Source: a virus
Taxonomy: Duplodnaviria > Heunggongvirae > Uroviricota > Caudoviricetes
Length of the DNA stretch: 37,458 bases
Virus record (IMG/VR): IMGVR_UViG_2541047873_000006
Direction: 5' to 3' (one strand)
The notes under the pieces are model-generated. The model worked only from the letters and a program-made list of their open reading frames with translations. It did not search any database and had not been told where the DNA came from. The position numbers and the translations under genes were made by a program. Shown here piece after piece: positions 17,710-26,436 of this stretch; position 1 is the stretch's first letter; every line of letters begins with the position of its first letter.

Positions 17710-18033
17710 GTGAGCACCATTCAAACAGGGATCACAGAGCAGGTTATTGCGTGGCTCTTTGACCACCTGCCAACGGTGTATGCAGTAGGCGCGGCGGTCA
17801 GCATTTCCGCGCTGATGAGTCTTTATGACGGACGAACACTGGTTCAGACCGTAACGGGATCGCTGGCGTGCGGCGTTCTTGCCATGGCCGTGGCCGGGTC
17901 GTTGCGCTTCTTCGGTTTTCCTGAAGATGCCGTGACGTTTATCGGCGCATCAATCGGTTTTATGGGCGCAGAGAAAGCACGCGACAAGGTTATTGCGGCC
18001 TTTAATCGCAGGGTGAAGGAGAAGGACGAATGA
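17710..18033 (+). CDS. Y: Holin (P2 gpY position), about 107 aa
   Basis: GTG 17710 with GGGGGGAG upstream, in frame with track ORF 17491..18033; hydrophobic helices and a charged C-terminus; directly precedes the endolysin. Confidence 0.6.
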   Translation: MSTIQTGITEQVIAWLFDHLPTVYAVGAAVSISALMSLYDGRTLVQTVTGSLACGVLAMAVAGSLRFFGFPEDAVTFIGASIGFMGAEKARDKVIAAFNRRVKEKDE

Positions 18034-18422
18034 GCAACACATTTAAATTCAGCAGCCGGAGCGAAAAGAATTTGCAGGGCGTAAATCCTGATCTGGTGAA
18101 AGTGACCCGACGGGCACTGGAAATCTCGGAAGTGGATTTTGGTATCACCGAAGGGTTGCGCAGCCGTTACCGCCAGAAGCAACTTGTGGCCACAGGTAAG
18201 AGCCAGACCATGAACAGCCGCCACCTTACGGGGCATGCCGTGGATGTTGTGGCTTATGTCGGCAGCCAGGTGTCATGGGAATGGCCGCTGTACGAAAAAA
18301 TCGCAGCAGCATTCAGACAGGCCAGCCGGGAGCTGAATATTCCGGTGGAATGGGGCGGCGACTGGAAGACCCTGAAAGACGGACCGCATTTTCAGTTGCC
18401 ACACGGAGCCTATCCGGCATGA
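18030..18422 (+). CDS. Endolysin, peptidase M15 (VanY-like) family, 130 aa
   Basis: Track ORF; SRHLTGHAVD and DGPHFQL zinc-ligand motifs; ATGA overlap with holin stop; differs from the P2 K lysozyme type. Confidence 0.7.
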   Translation: MSNTFKFSSRSEKNLQGVNPDLVKVTRRALEISEVDFGITEGLRSRYRQKQLVATGKSQTMNSRHLTGHAVDVVAYVGSQVSWEWPLYEKIAAAFRQASRELNIPVEWGGDWKTLKDGPHFQLPHGAYPA

Positions 18423-18826
18423 AGCTCTGGCCCACGCTTGGCGTCGCTTTCCTTCTGATTGCCGCATGGGGAACATCCATGCGTCTGTCGTGGTCGCTGG
18501 GCAGGGAGAACGCCAGAAACGAAGCGCAGGCCAGCGCCCTGAAAAGTACCGTCGACACCCTGAATATCATCAGCGCTGGGGTACAGGATATGCAGCAGGT
18601 GCTGGCGCAACTCCGCGTGGAAAATCAGCAACGCAATCAGGACGGAGAGGCAAGACGTGAACAGCTACGCAACGATATTGCAAAAGATGAATGCGCCCAC
18701 GCTTTGCCTGACGCTCGTTTTACTGACAGGCTGCGCAGGCACGCAGAACGCGCCACTGCCAGCGCCGTCAGTCCGGCTTATACCGCAAACGCTGACCATA
18801 CCGGTAACGCCTCCCCCCTTCCCTGA
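18419..18826 (+). CDS. lysB: Inner-membrane spanin (Rz / P2 LysB-like)
   Basis: ATG 18419 overlaps the endolysin stop, in frame with track ORF 18275..18826; N-terminal membrane helix then a Gln/Arg-rich coiled-coil-like region. Confidence 0.65.
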   Translation: MKLWPTLGVAFLLIAAWGTSMRLSWSLGRENARNEAQASALKSTVDTLNIISAGVQDMQQVLAQLRVENQQRNQDGEARREQLRNDIAKDECAHALPDARFTDRLRRHAERATASAVSPAYTANADHTGNASPLP

Positions 18827-18977
18827 CACTCCCACATGGGGAAATCTCGGTATATGGGGCGACCGCCTTCTGGATGCACTGGAAACCTGTAACGCGGATA
18901 AACGGGCCATTGAATTACTGGAACAGCGCAGGCTGCAACGACTGAACAACAAGGACAACAACCATGCTGAAAACTGA
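18657..18977 (+). CDS. lysC: Outer-membrane lipoprotein spanin (Rz1 / P2 LysC-like), embedded out of frame in lysB
   Basis: Track ORF in the +1 frame inside lysB; lipobox LLTGC; Pro-rich; start may be the internal ATG at 18687. Confidence 0.55.
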   Translation: MNSYATILQKMNAPTLCLTLVLLTGCAGTQNAPLPAPSVRLIPQTLTIPVTPPPFPDTPTWGNLGIWGDRLLDALETCNADKRAIELLEQRRLQRLNNKDNNHAEN

Positions 18978-19431
18978 TTCCCTGCGTGAAGCCATGACCC
19001 GTTCATGCCGATGGTGTCAGGCCAACCCGGAAAAATTCACCATTTTCGTGGAGAGCGGCAACATTGAAACGACAGGAGAAACCCCATCGTTTGTTTACCG
19101 CTATCAGATGGTGATGTTTGTCATGGATTACGCCGGGGAGCTGGACGACCTCACGCTGCCGCTGCTGGCGTGGTTATCCGAAAATCAGCCACAGTTGTTG
19201 CTCAACCCTGAGCGTAATCAGGACATCAAATTCTCCGCCGTTATCAATGACGATGACAGCGCCGATCTCCTGTTTACGCTCCCCCTGCGGGAACGCGTTC
19301 GCATCACGCGCAGCAGTCAGGGCACACCGCAGGCAGAACACCTGCCTGAGCCAAAACCCCGCCTGCCATCTTCCGAAGGCGACTGGTCGCATGTATTCCA
19401 GGATGTGACGTGGGGTGAAAGCGATGGATAA
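18964..19431 (+). CDS. R: Tail completion protein R (P2 gpR-like), 155 aa
   Basis: Track ORF; size and position as P2 R. Confidence 0.8.
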   Translation: MLKTDSLREAMTRSCRWCQANPEKFTIFVESGNIETTGETPSFVYRYQMVMFVMDYAGELDDLTLPLLAWLSENQPQLLLNPERNQDIKFSAVINDDDSADLLFTLPLRERVRITRSSQGTPQAEHLPEPKPRLPSSEGDWSHVFQDVTWGESDG

Positions 19432-20059
19432 GGCATTCACCCGCGTGGATGAAACCTTTGAGGCCATCCGCGACAGCCTGAATCAGCAGGCCATCAATAA
19501 CATCGCCAGAAAGCTGGCACAGGATTTACGCCGCGCCCAGCAGGCGCGTATCCGGTCACAGAAAGCGCCGGACGGGACCGCGTGGACACCACGCAGACGC
19601 CGCGTAACCCGGATACAGGAACGCATTCGCTTTATCTGGAATAACGAAGCACGCACGCTGAAAAACTGGCATCACGACACGGGGAAATACGGGCGAACCA
19701 TTACCGGGTGGGATGAGGATAAAAACAATATCCGCACGTTTTACCGGGATGACATCGACCGTTTTCTGGAAATACGCACCCGGCGCATCAACCAGGACAG
19801 CACAAAGCGCGTCCCCATGTTTGTAAAACTGCGCACCGCCCGCTACCTGAAAGCCCGTGCAGATGCTTCCGGTGTGACGGTGGGTTACAGCGGCGTGGCC
19901 GCACGTATTGCACGCGTTCATCAGTTCGGTGAGCGCGATCAGGTTGCGCCGGGCATTTTCACCGATTACCCGGTACGTGAGCTGCTGGGCATCAGCCAGG
20001 CAGATGAGCGCCTGATTTATAACACGGTGCTGGGCCGGATTGCGGAGGCTGTACGGTGA
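19424..20059 (+). CDS. S: Tail completion / virion morphogenesis protein S (P2 gpS-like)
   Basis: ATG 19424 overlaps the R stop, in frame with track ORF 19415..20059; about 60 aa longer than recalled P2 S. Confidence 0.7.
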   Translation: MDKAFTRVDETFEAIRDSLNQQAINNIARKLAQDLRRAQQARIRSQKAPDGTAWTPRRRRVTRIQERIRFIWNNEARTLKNWHHDTGKYGRTITGWDEDKNNIRTFYRDDIDRFLEIRTRRINQDSTKRVPMFVKLRTARYLKARADASGVTVGYSGVAARIARVHQFGERDQVAPGIFTDYPVRELLGISQADERLIYNTVLGRIAEAVR

Positions 20060-20637
20060 GCGCAGAACTCATGCGACTGCTGAGCAATATCATCCGCACC
20101 GGGATCATCTCTGAAGTTGATGAGGAATCCTGGTGCGTGCGCGTTCGCAGCGGCGAACTGGAAACAGGCTGGCTGCGCTGGAACACCACGCGCGCGGGAG
20201 CCTTCAATGTGTGGTTGCCGCCATCACCCGGCGAACAGGTGGTAATTGCCTGCATCGGCGGCAACCCGGAAACAGCCATGATAATTGGCAGCCTGTGGAG
20301 TGATGCCAATCCGGCCCCCGGCAAAAGCCTGAAAGAAATCGTGGTCAGCGCGCCGGATGGCGCGGTGTTCCGCTACGACGCAGACGCAGGCGCACTGAGC
20401 GCCAGCGGCATGAAAACAGCCACCCTGCAGGCATCCGTCAGCGTGACACTGGACACGCCTGTCGTGGAATGCACAGACCTTCTGAGAACAGCGACGCTTG
20501 ACGTCACAAAAGGGGGAACGATGAGCGGCAATATCACGCACAGCGGCGGCGACTTCACCTCAAACGGCATCACAGTGCATACGCATAAGCACGGTGGCGT
20601 TAAAGGTGGCAGCGATTCGACAGGAGGCCCGCAGTGA
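20056..20637 (+). CDS. V: Baseplate assembly/spike protein V
   Basis: Track ORF; ATGA overlap with S; size and order as P2 V. Confidence 0.85.
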   Translation: MSAELMRLLSNIIRTGIISEVDEESWCVRVRSGELETGWLRWNTTRAGAFNVWLPPSPGEQVVIACIGGNPETAMIIGSLWSDANPAPGKSLKEIVVSAPDGAVFRYDADAGALSASGMKTATLQASVSVTLDTPVVECTDLLRTATLDVTKGGTMSGNITHSGGDFTSNGITVHTHKHGGVKGGSDSTGGPQ

Positions 20638-20984
20638 CAACCCGCTACACAGGAATGAATCCGGACGGGACGGGAAACCTGAACGATATGGAGCACCTGA
20701 AACAGTCAGTCAGGGACATCCTGACCACCCCGCTGGCAAGCCGGGTTATGCGACGGGAATATGGCAGCCTTGTGCCTGATTTGATTGACGAACCCATGAA
20801 TAACACCACGCGTCTGCAATGCATGAGTGCTGCCGTGATTGCGCTGACACGATGGGAACCCCGCATTGCCCTGGATGCCATCGACGTTGTCTGGAAAGCG
20901 GGAGGCCGCGCCGGGGTGACGCTGTCGGGCACTGTCATGCAGACCATGCAGAATGTTGAATTAACCATCACGCTGAGGGAGTAA
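20634..20984 (+). CDS. W: Baseplate protein W (gp25-like)
   Basis: Track ORF; 116 aa; overlap with V stop. Confidence 0.85.
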   Translation: MTTRYTGMNPDGTGNLNDMEHLKQSVRDILTTPLASRVMRREYGSLVPDLIDEPMNNTTRLQCMSAAVIALTRWEPRIALDAIDVVWKAGGRAGVTLSGTVMQTMQNVELTITLRE

Positions 20985-20987
20985 ATC

Positions 20988-21884
20988 ATGCCCGCCGTTG
21001 ACCTTTCACAGTTACCGGACCCCGCCATCATCGCGGAACCTGACTTTGAGGCAATTCTGGCTGACACAAAGGCCATGATGATTGCGGCTTATCCCGCCGA
21101 ACAGCGTGAAGCCGTCTCCGCCGCGCTGGAGCTGGAATCGGAACCCCTGAACGTTATCGCCCAGACAACAGCGTTTCGTGAAATGCTGTTACGCCAGCGG
21201 GTCAATGAGGGGGCACGCGCCTGCATGTTAAGCCACAGCGCCGGGACAGACCTGGACAACCTCGCGGGCAATATGAACACAAAGCGCCTGACCATCACTC
21301 CGGCAACGGATACCACCGACGCGGTGATGGAGAGTGACACCTCGCTGAGACTGCGGGCGCAGCGGGCGTACGACGGCCTGAGTGTTGCTGGCCCGTCAGG
21401 TGCATACGAGTATTTTGCCCGCAGCGCCAGCGGTCTGGTGCGTGATGCGCGGGCTATCAGTCCGTCTCCGGCCAACGTGACGGTTTCCATCCTGTCCACT
21501 GAAGGCGACGGCACAGCAACGGAGGCGTTGCTTAATACCGTTCGTGCCGTTCTGAATGCAGAGGATACCCGCCCGGTGGCCGACCGCCTGACCGTACAGA
21601 GTGCCAGAATCGTGACATGGCGGCTGAATGCAAAACTGTACTTTTATCCCGGCCCGGAATCCGAACCTATTCTGGCTGCGGCTGAATCGTCGTTCAGGAA
21701 GTGGCTGGCTGAGCAGGGGCTTATCGGTCAGGACGTGGCGTTGTCCGCCATTGCTGCCGCATTGCATGTGCACGGTGTTCAACGCGTGGAGATAATCGAA
21801 CCCACACAGAATATGGCCATCAGCGACATACAGGCGGCGCGCTGTGAGTCATTCACCATCAGCGAAGGTGGGCGTAATGAGTAA
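20988..21884 (+). CDS. J: Baseplate protein J
   Basis: Track ORF; 298 aa; order V-W-J-I. Confidence 0.85.
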   Translation: MPAVDLSQLPDPAIIAEPDFEAILADTKAMMIAAYPAEQREAVSAALELESEPLNVIAQTTAFREMLLRQRVNEGARACMLSHSAGTDLDNLAGNMNTKRLTITPATDTTDAVMESDTSLRLRAQRAYDGLSVAGPSGAYEYFARSASGLVRDARAISPSPANVTVSILSTEGDGTATEALLNTVRAVLNAEDTRPVADRLTVQSARIVTWRLNAKLYFYPGPESEPILAAAESSFRKWLAEQGLIGQDVALSAIAAALHVHGVQRVEIIEPTQNMAISDIQAARCESFTISEGGRNE

Positions 21885-22404
21885 TTCACTGTTACCGCCA
21901 TCAGCCAGCAATTTCATGCGTTGCGCCGAAGCTGTCGGAGCGCGCATTACAGACATTCCGGTAGACCTCAACACGCTGTGGTCGCCGGACACCTGCCCGG
22001 TGCATCTGCTGCCTTATCTCGCCTGGGCATTTTCCGTTGACCGCTGGGATCGCAACTGGCCGGAAGAGACAAAGCGACAGGTGATTCGTGATGCATGGCT
22101 GATACACCGACACAAGGGAACCATCAGCGCACTGCGCCGGGCCATTGAGCCGCTGGGATATCTCATTCGTGTGTCTGAGTGGTGGGAGTTCGACGGCGAA
22201 CCCGGAACATTCAAGGTTGATGTTGGCACGCTGGACAGTGGTGTGACCGAGGAAATGTATCTGGAAATGGAACGGCTGATTGCCGATGCCAAACCCGCAA
22301 GTCGCCACCTTATCGGCCTGAACATTATCCAGGACATTCCCGGCTATCTGTATACAGGCGGTGTGGTCTGTGATGGTGATGTTATTACTGTTTATCCCGG
22401 ATAA
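21877..22404 (+). CDS. I: Baseplate/tail protein I
   Basis: ATG 21877 (MSNSLLPPS...) overlapping the J stop, in frame with track ORF 21844..22404. Confidence 0.8.
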   Translation: MSNSLLPPSASNFMRCAEAVGARITDIPVDLNTLWSPDTCPVHLLPYLAWAFSVDRWDRNWPEETKRQVIRDAWLIHRHKGTISALRRAIEPLGYLIRVSEWWEFDGEPGTFKVDVGTLDSGVTEEMYLEMERLIADAKPASRHLIGLNIIQDIPGYLYTGGVVCDGDVITVYPG

Positions 22405-22414
22405 GTGAGAAACA

Positions 22415-25150
22415 ATGAGCACGAAATTTAAAACCGTTATCACTACTGCCGGAGCCGCAAAGCTGGCTGCCGCCACTGTCCCCGGCGGGAAAAAAGTAAA
22501 CCTGTCTGCAATGGCCGTGGGTGACGGTAATGGCAAATTACCGGTGCCGGATGCCGGTCAGACGAAACTGGTGCATGAGGTCTGGCGTCACGCTCTGAAT
22601 AAAGTCAGTGTGGATAATAAGAATAAAAACTATATTGTGGCTGAACTGGTTGTTCCGCCAGAAGTGGGCGGCTTCTGGATGCGTGAGCTTGGTCTGTATG
22701 ACGATGCCGGAACACTGATTGCGGTATCCAACATGGCAGAAAGCTATAAGCCAGAACTGGCTGAAGGCTCCGGACGTGCGCAGACCTGCCGCATGGTTAT
22801 TATTCTCAGCAACGTGGCGTCCGTTGAGCTGAGTATTGATGCCAGCACAGTGATGGCTACGCAGGATTACGTCGATGACAAAATCGCAGAGCATGAGCAG
22901 TCCCGCCGCCATCCTGACGCCACGCTGACAGAAAAAGGTTTTACTCAGTTAAGCAGTGCAACAAACAGCACCAGTGAAAAGCTGGCGGCAACGCCAAAAG
23001 CGGTCAAGGCTGCGAATGACAACGCAAATTCACGTCTGGCGAAAAATCAGAACGGTGCAGATATCCAGGATAAATCAGCTTTTCTGGACAATGTTGGCGT
23101 TACCAGCCTGACGTTTATGAAAAACAATGGCGAAATGCCGCTTGATGCTGATCTGAATACGTTTGGTCCTGTTAAGGCTTATTCAGGTATCTGGTCTAAA
23201 GCAACATCCACCAACGCAACACTGGAGAAAAATTTCCCGGAAGATAATGCTGTCGGTGTGCTTGAGGTTTTTGCTGCCGGCAATTTTGCAGGTACGCAAC
23301 GCTTTACCACGAGAGACGGCAATGTATACATGCGTAAACTCGCCAATAAGTGGAATGGCACTGATGGTCCGTGGGGCGTATGGCGTCACACTCAATCTGC
23401 TACCCGCCCTTTGAGTACGACTATAGACCTGAATACGCTTGGAGCCGCCGAGCATCTTGGTTTATGGCGTAACAGTAGCTCAGCTATAGCTTCATATGAA
23501 CGCAATTATCCAGAGGAAGGCGGCTTTGCTCAGGGGATGCTTGAGATCCTCGAAGGCGGAAATTATGGAAGAACGCAACGTTATACCACTCGCCGTGGAA
23601 ATATGTACGTCCGCTGCCTTGCGGCAAGCTGGGATGCATCAAATCCGCAGTGGGAACCGTGGTTAAGAGTCGGTCATCAGTCAGAGAGTCGTTATTACGA
23701 CGGGGATTTGAATGATGTGACTTCACCAGGTATTTACAGCGTTACAGGTAAAGCGAGCAACGGTCCAATACTGGATGGAAACGGCGTGACAGTCCTCGGT
23801 ATTCTGGAAGTGTTGAGGCGCTTTGATGGTGTTAACGTATGGCAGCGTTATACAACTGCCGGAACAGGTACAACCCTTAAAGGTCGCACGTTTGAGCGCG
23901 TTTTTACCGGCAGCTCATGGAGCGAATGGCGGGAAGTTTACACATCTTATTCACTTCCCCTGAATCTGGGTATCGGCGGCGCAGTAGCAAAACTATCCAG
24001 TCTGGACTGGCAGACCTACGATTTTGTGCCGGGCAGTCTGATAACCGTTCGGCTTGATAATATGACCAACATTCCCGACGGTATGGACTGGGGCGTCATT
24101 GATGGCAACCTGATAAACATCGCAGTTGGTCCGAGTGATGATTCCGGTACGGGGCGCTCAATGCATGTATGGCGCAGCACTGTAAGTAAAGCGAACTACC
24201 GCTTTTTTATGGTGCGTATTTCAGGAAATCCGGGAAGCCGCACGATCACAGCAAGACGAGTACCAATCATTGACGAAGCCCAGACATGGGGCGCGAAACA
24301 GACATTCAGTGCTGGCCTTTCTGGTGAACTGTCCGGCAATGCGGCGACAGCAACAAAGCTGAAAACAGCCCGTAAAATTAATAACGTTTCGTTTGATGGG
24401 ACATCAGATATTAACCTGACGCCGAAAAATATTGGTGCATTTGCTTCAGGAAAAACAGGAGACACCGTTGCGAATGATAAAGCCGTTGGATGGAACTGGA
24501 GTAGCGGAGCCTATAACGCAAATATTGGTGGGGCATCAACGTTAATTCTTCATTTTAATATCGGTGAAGGAAGTTGCCCCGCCGCCCAGTTCCGCGTTAA
24601 TTATAAGAACGGCGGTATTTTTTATCGTTCTGCTCGTGACGGTTACGGATTCGAGGCTGACTGGTCTGAGTTTTATACCACAACGCGAAAACCTACAGCG
24701 GGAGATGTCGGTGCACTGCCGTTATCTGGTGGTCAATTGAATGGTGCTCTGGGTATAGGAACATCCAGTGCTCTTGGCGGTAATTCGATTGTTTTGGGTG
24801 ATAATGACACGGGCTTTAAACAAAATGGTGATGGTAATCTGGATGTTTATGCTAATAGCGTCCATGTTATGCGCTTTGTCTCCGGAAGCGTTCAAAGTAA
24901 TAAAACCATAAATATTACGGGGCGTGTTAATCCCTCGGATTACGGTAACTTTGATTCCCGTTATGTGAGAGATGTCAGACTTGGCACACGTGTTGTCCAG
25001 GTCATGCAGAAAGGGGTGATGTATGAGAAAGCAGGCCATGTAATTACCGGGCTTGGCATTGTCGGCGAAGTTGATGGCGACGATCCGGCAGTATTCAGAC
25101 CAATACAAAAGTTAATTAACGGAACGTGGTACAACGTGTCACAGGTGTAA
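22415..25150 (+). CDS. H: Tail fibre protein (P2 gpH-like), 911 aa
   Basis: Track ORF; conserved N-terminal block MSTKFKTVITTAGAAKLAAA...WMRELGLYDDAGTLIAVSNMAESYKPELAEGSG as in P2 H; large variable C-terminal part with internal repeats. Confidence 0.85.
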   Translation: MSTKFKTVITTAGAAKLAAATVPGGKKVNLSAMAVGDGNGKLPVPDAGQTKLVHEVWRHALNKVSVDNKNKNYIVAELVVPPEVGGFWMRELGLYDDAGTLIAVSNMAESYKPELAEGSGRAQTCRMVIILSNVASVELSIDASTVMATQDYVDDKIAEHEQSRRHPDATLTEKGFTQLSSATNSTSEKLAATPKAVKAANDNANSRLAKNQNGADIQDKSAFLDNVGVTSLTFMKNNGEMPLDADLNTFGPVKAYSGIWSKATSTNATLEKNFPEDNAVGVLEVFAAGNFAGTQRFTTRDGNVYMRKLANKWNGTDGPWGVWRHTQSATRPLSTTIDLNTLGAAEHLGLWRNSSSAIASYERNYPEEGGFAQGMLEILEGGNYGRTQRYTTRRGNMYVRCLAASWDASNPQWEPWLRVGHQSESRYYDGDLNDVTSPGIYSVTGKASNGPILDGNGVTVLGILEVLRRFDGVNVWQRYTTAGTGTTLKGRTFERVFTGSSWSEWREVYTSYSLPLNLGIGGAVAKLSSLDWQTYDFVPGSLITVRLDNMTNIPDGMDWGVIDGNLINIAVGPSDDSGTGRSMHVWRSTVSKANYRFFMVRISGNPGSRTITARRVPIIDEAQTWGAKQTFSAGLSGELSGNAATATKLKTARKINNVSFDGTSDINLTPKNIGAFASGKTGDTVANDKAVGWNWSSGAYNANIGGASTLILHFNIGEGSCPAAQFRVNYKNGGIFYRSARDGYGFEADWSEFYTTTRKPTAGDVGALPLSGGQLNGALGIGTSSALGGNSIVLGDNDTGFKQNGDGNLDVYANSVHVMRFVSGSVQSNKTINITGRVNPSDYGNFDSRYVRDVRLGTRVVQVMQKGVMYEKAGHVITGLGIVGEVDGDDPAVFRPIQKLINGTWYNVSQV

Positions 25151-25153
25151 TTT

Positions 25154-25681
25154 ATGCAGCATTTAAAAAACATTGTCGCCGGCAATCCAAAAACCGTTGA
25201 GCAATATCAGCTAACAAAAAATTTTAATGTTGCCTGGCTGTGGTCAGAAGACGGAAAAAACTGGTATGAGGAAGTGAAGAACTTTCAGCCGGACACAATA
25301 AAAATTCTTTACGACGAGAACAATATTATTGTGGCTGTAACCAGAGACGCTTCAACACTGGACCCTACAGGCTACAGCGTTGTCGAAGTTCCCGATATCA
25401 CCGCCAATCGTCGCGCCGACGATTCAGGAAAGTGGCTGTTTAAGGACGGAGCTGTGGTTAAACGGATTTATACGGCAGACGAGCAGCAACAGCAGGCCGA
25501 ATTACAAAAGGCCGCATTGCTTTCCGAAGCTGAATCAGTCATCCAGCAGCTGGAACGCGCTGTCAGGCTGAATATGGCGACGGATGAGGAGCGCACACGA
25601 CTGGAAGCCTGGGAACGCTACAGCGTTCTGGTCAGCCGTGTGGATACAGCAAAGCCCGAATGGCCACAAAAGCCTGAGTAA
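25154..25681 (+). CDS. G: Tail fibre assembly chaperone (P2 gpG-like), 175 aa
   Basis: Track ORF directly after H; size as P2 G. Confidence 0.8.
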   Translation: MQHLKNIVAGNPKTVEQYQLTKNFNVAWLWSEDGKNWYEEVKNFQPDTIKILYDENNIIVAVTRDASTLDPTGYSVVEVPDITANRRADDSGKWLFKDGAVVKRIYTADEQQQQAELQKAALLSEAESVIQQLERAVRLNMATDEERTRLEAWERYSVLVSRVDTAKPEWPQKPE

Positions 25682-25895
25682 AAATTAAGCTCCGATATCG
25701 GGCCTTCTCTCATTCTGGTTGTTCGGGAAACGTTACTGGCAGGCCGGAGGTGTCTGTGGATTCGACTTTCTACGCGTAGAGCATCCATTCGGTTAATTTT
25801 TGTTTATTCTCGTCGGAAATGATGCCCAGCCGTAGCTGTGAGCACCATAGGCGATATACAGACTGAAGAAACAACCAGGCAGATCCAGGAAAAAG

Positions 25896-25928
25896 AAAAC
25901 CGCTAATCTGAACATTAGCGGTTTTTTG
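25896..25928. terminator. Bidirectional intrinsic terminator between convergent G and U
   Basis: AACCGCTAAT-CTGAAC-ATTAGCGGTT stem-loop flanked by an A-run on the left and TTTTTT on the right. Confidence 0.65.
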
Positions 25929-25935
25929 CGTTAAT

Positions 25936-26430
25936 TCAGAACAGCCCTTTAACTGAACTGGTTGCGCTGTTAAGAGATGATGTCACCTTATCTTTGAAGC
26001 CGGACAGCATATCGCTGAACGATGAGGATTGCAGGCGCTCCCGCAAATCCTCATCACAGCGTTCAAGGGTCAGTGAAAATTCTATCTTTTTCGCCTTACC
26101 GTAGCGATCAAACTCGGAACGGGTCGTATTCGTTTCGGTCAGAACATACATGCCGTAAATCTGCCCGACGCCATCAATAAGAGGCCAGGGGCGTCCTGTA
26201 TACGCCTGCGTGGTCAGCAGCGACAGTGACACTTCACCACCTGTAATTTCAGGATAAAGCACACCAGAAAGAACAATACGATCATCGCCTGCCCCGATAT
26301 ACTGCCAGCTTGCTGAACGGTTAACGCGTTCATTTTTCACATGCCGCCAGCTTTTATTTTGCTGTAACTGCTGATGCGGCAACGTGCGCAGCTCAAAAAC
26401 AAACATGCCGTAGATCATCATCATGGCCAT
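25936..26430 (-). CDS. U: Tail protein U (P2 gpU-like), 164 aa
   Basis: Track ORF; N-terminus MAMMMIYGMFVFELRT resembles P2 U (MMMVLG-FVF-LRT as recalled); directly downstream of the tape measure gene on the same strand. Confidence 0.75.
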   Translation of the reverse strand: MAMMMIYGMFVFELRTLPHQQLQQNKSWRHVKNERVNRSASWQYIGAGDDRIVLSGVLYPEITGGEVSLSLLTTQAYTGRPWPLIDGVGQIYGMYVLTETNTTRSEFDRYGKAKKIEFSLTLERCDEDLRERLQSSSFSDMLSGFKDKVTSSLNSATSSVKGLF

Positions 26431-26436
26431 GACTCC

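Noticed and set aside
25682-25935. Z/fun-type accessory hotspot between G and the next tail gene
   Set aside because: The spacer is only about 250 bp with no ORF, just a bidirectional terminator; no cargo is present here in this prophage.
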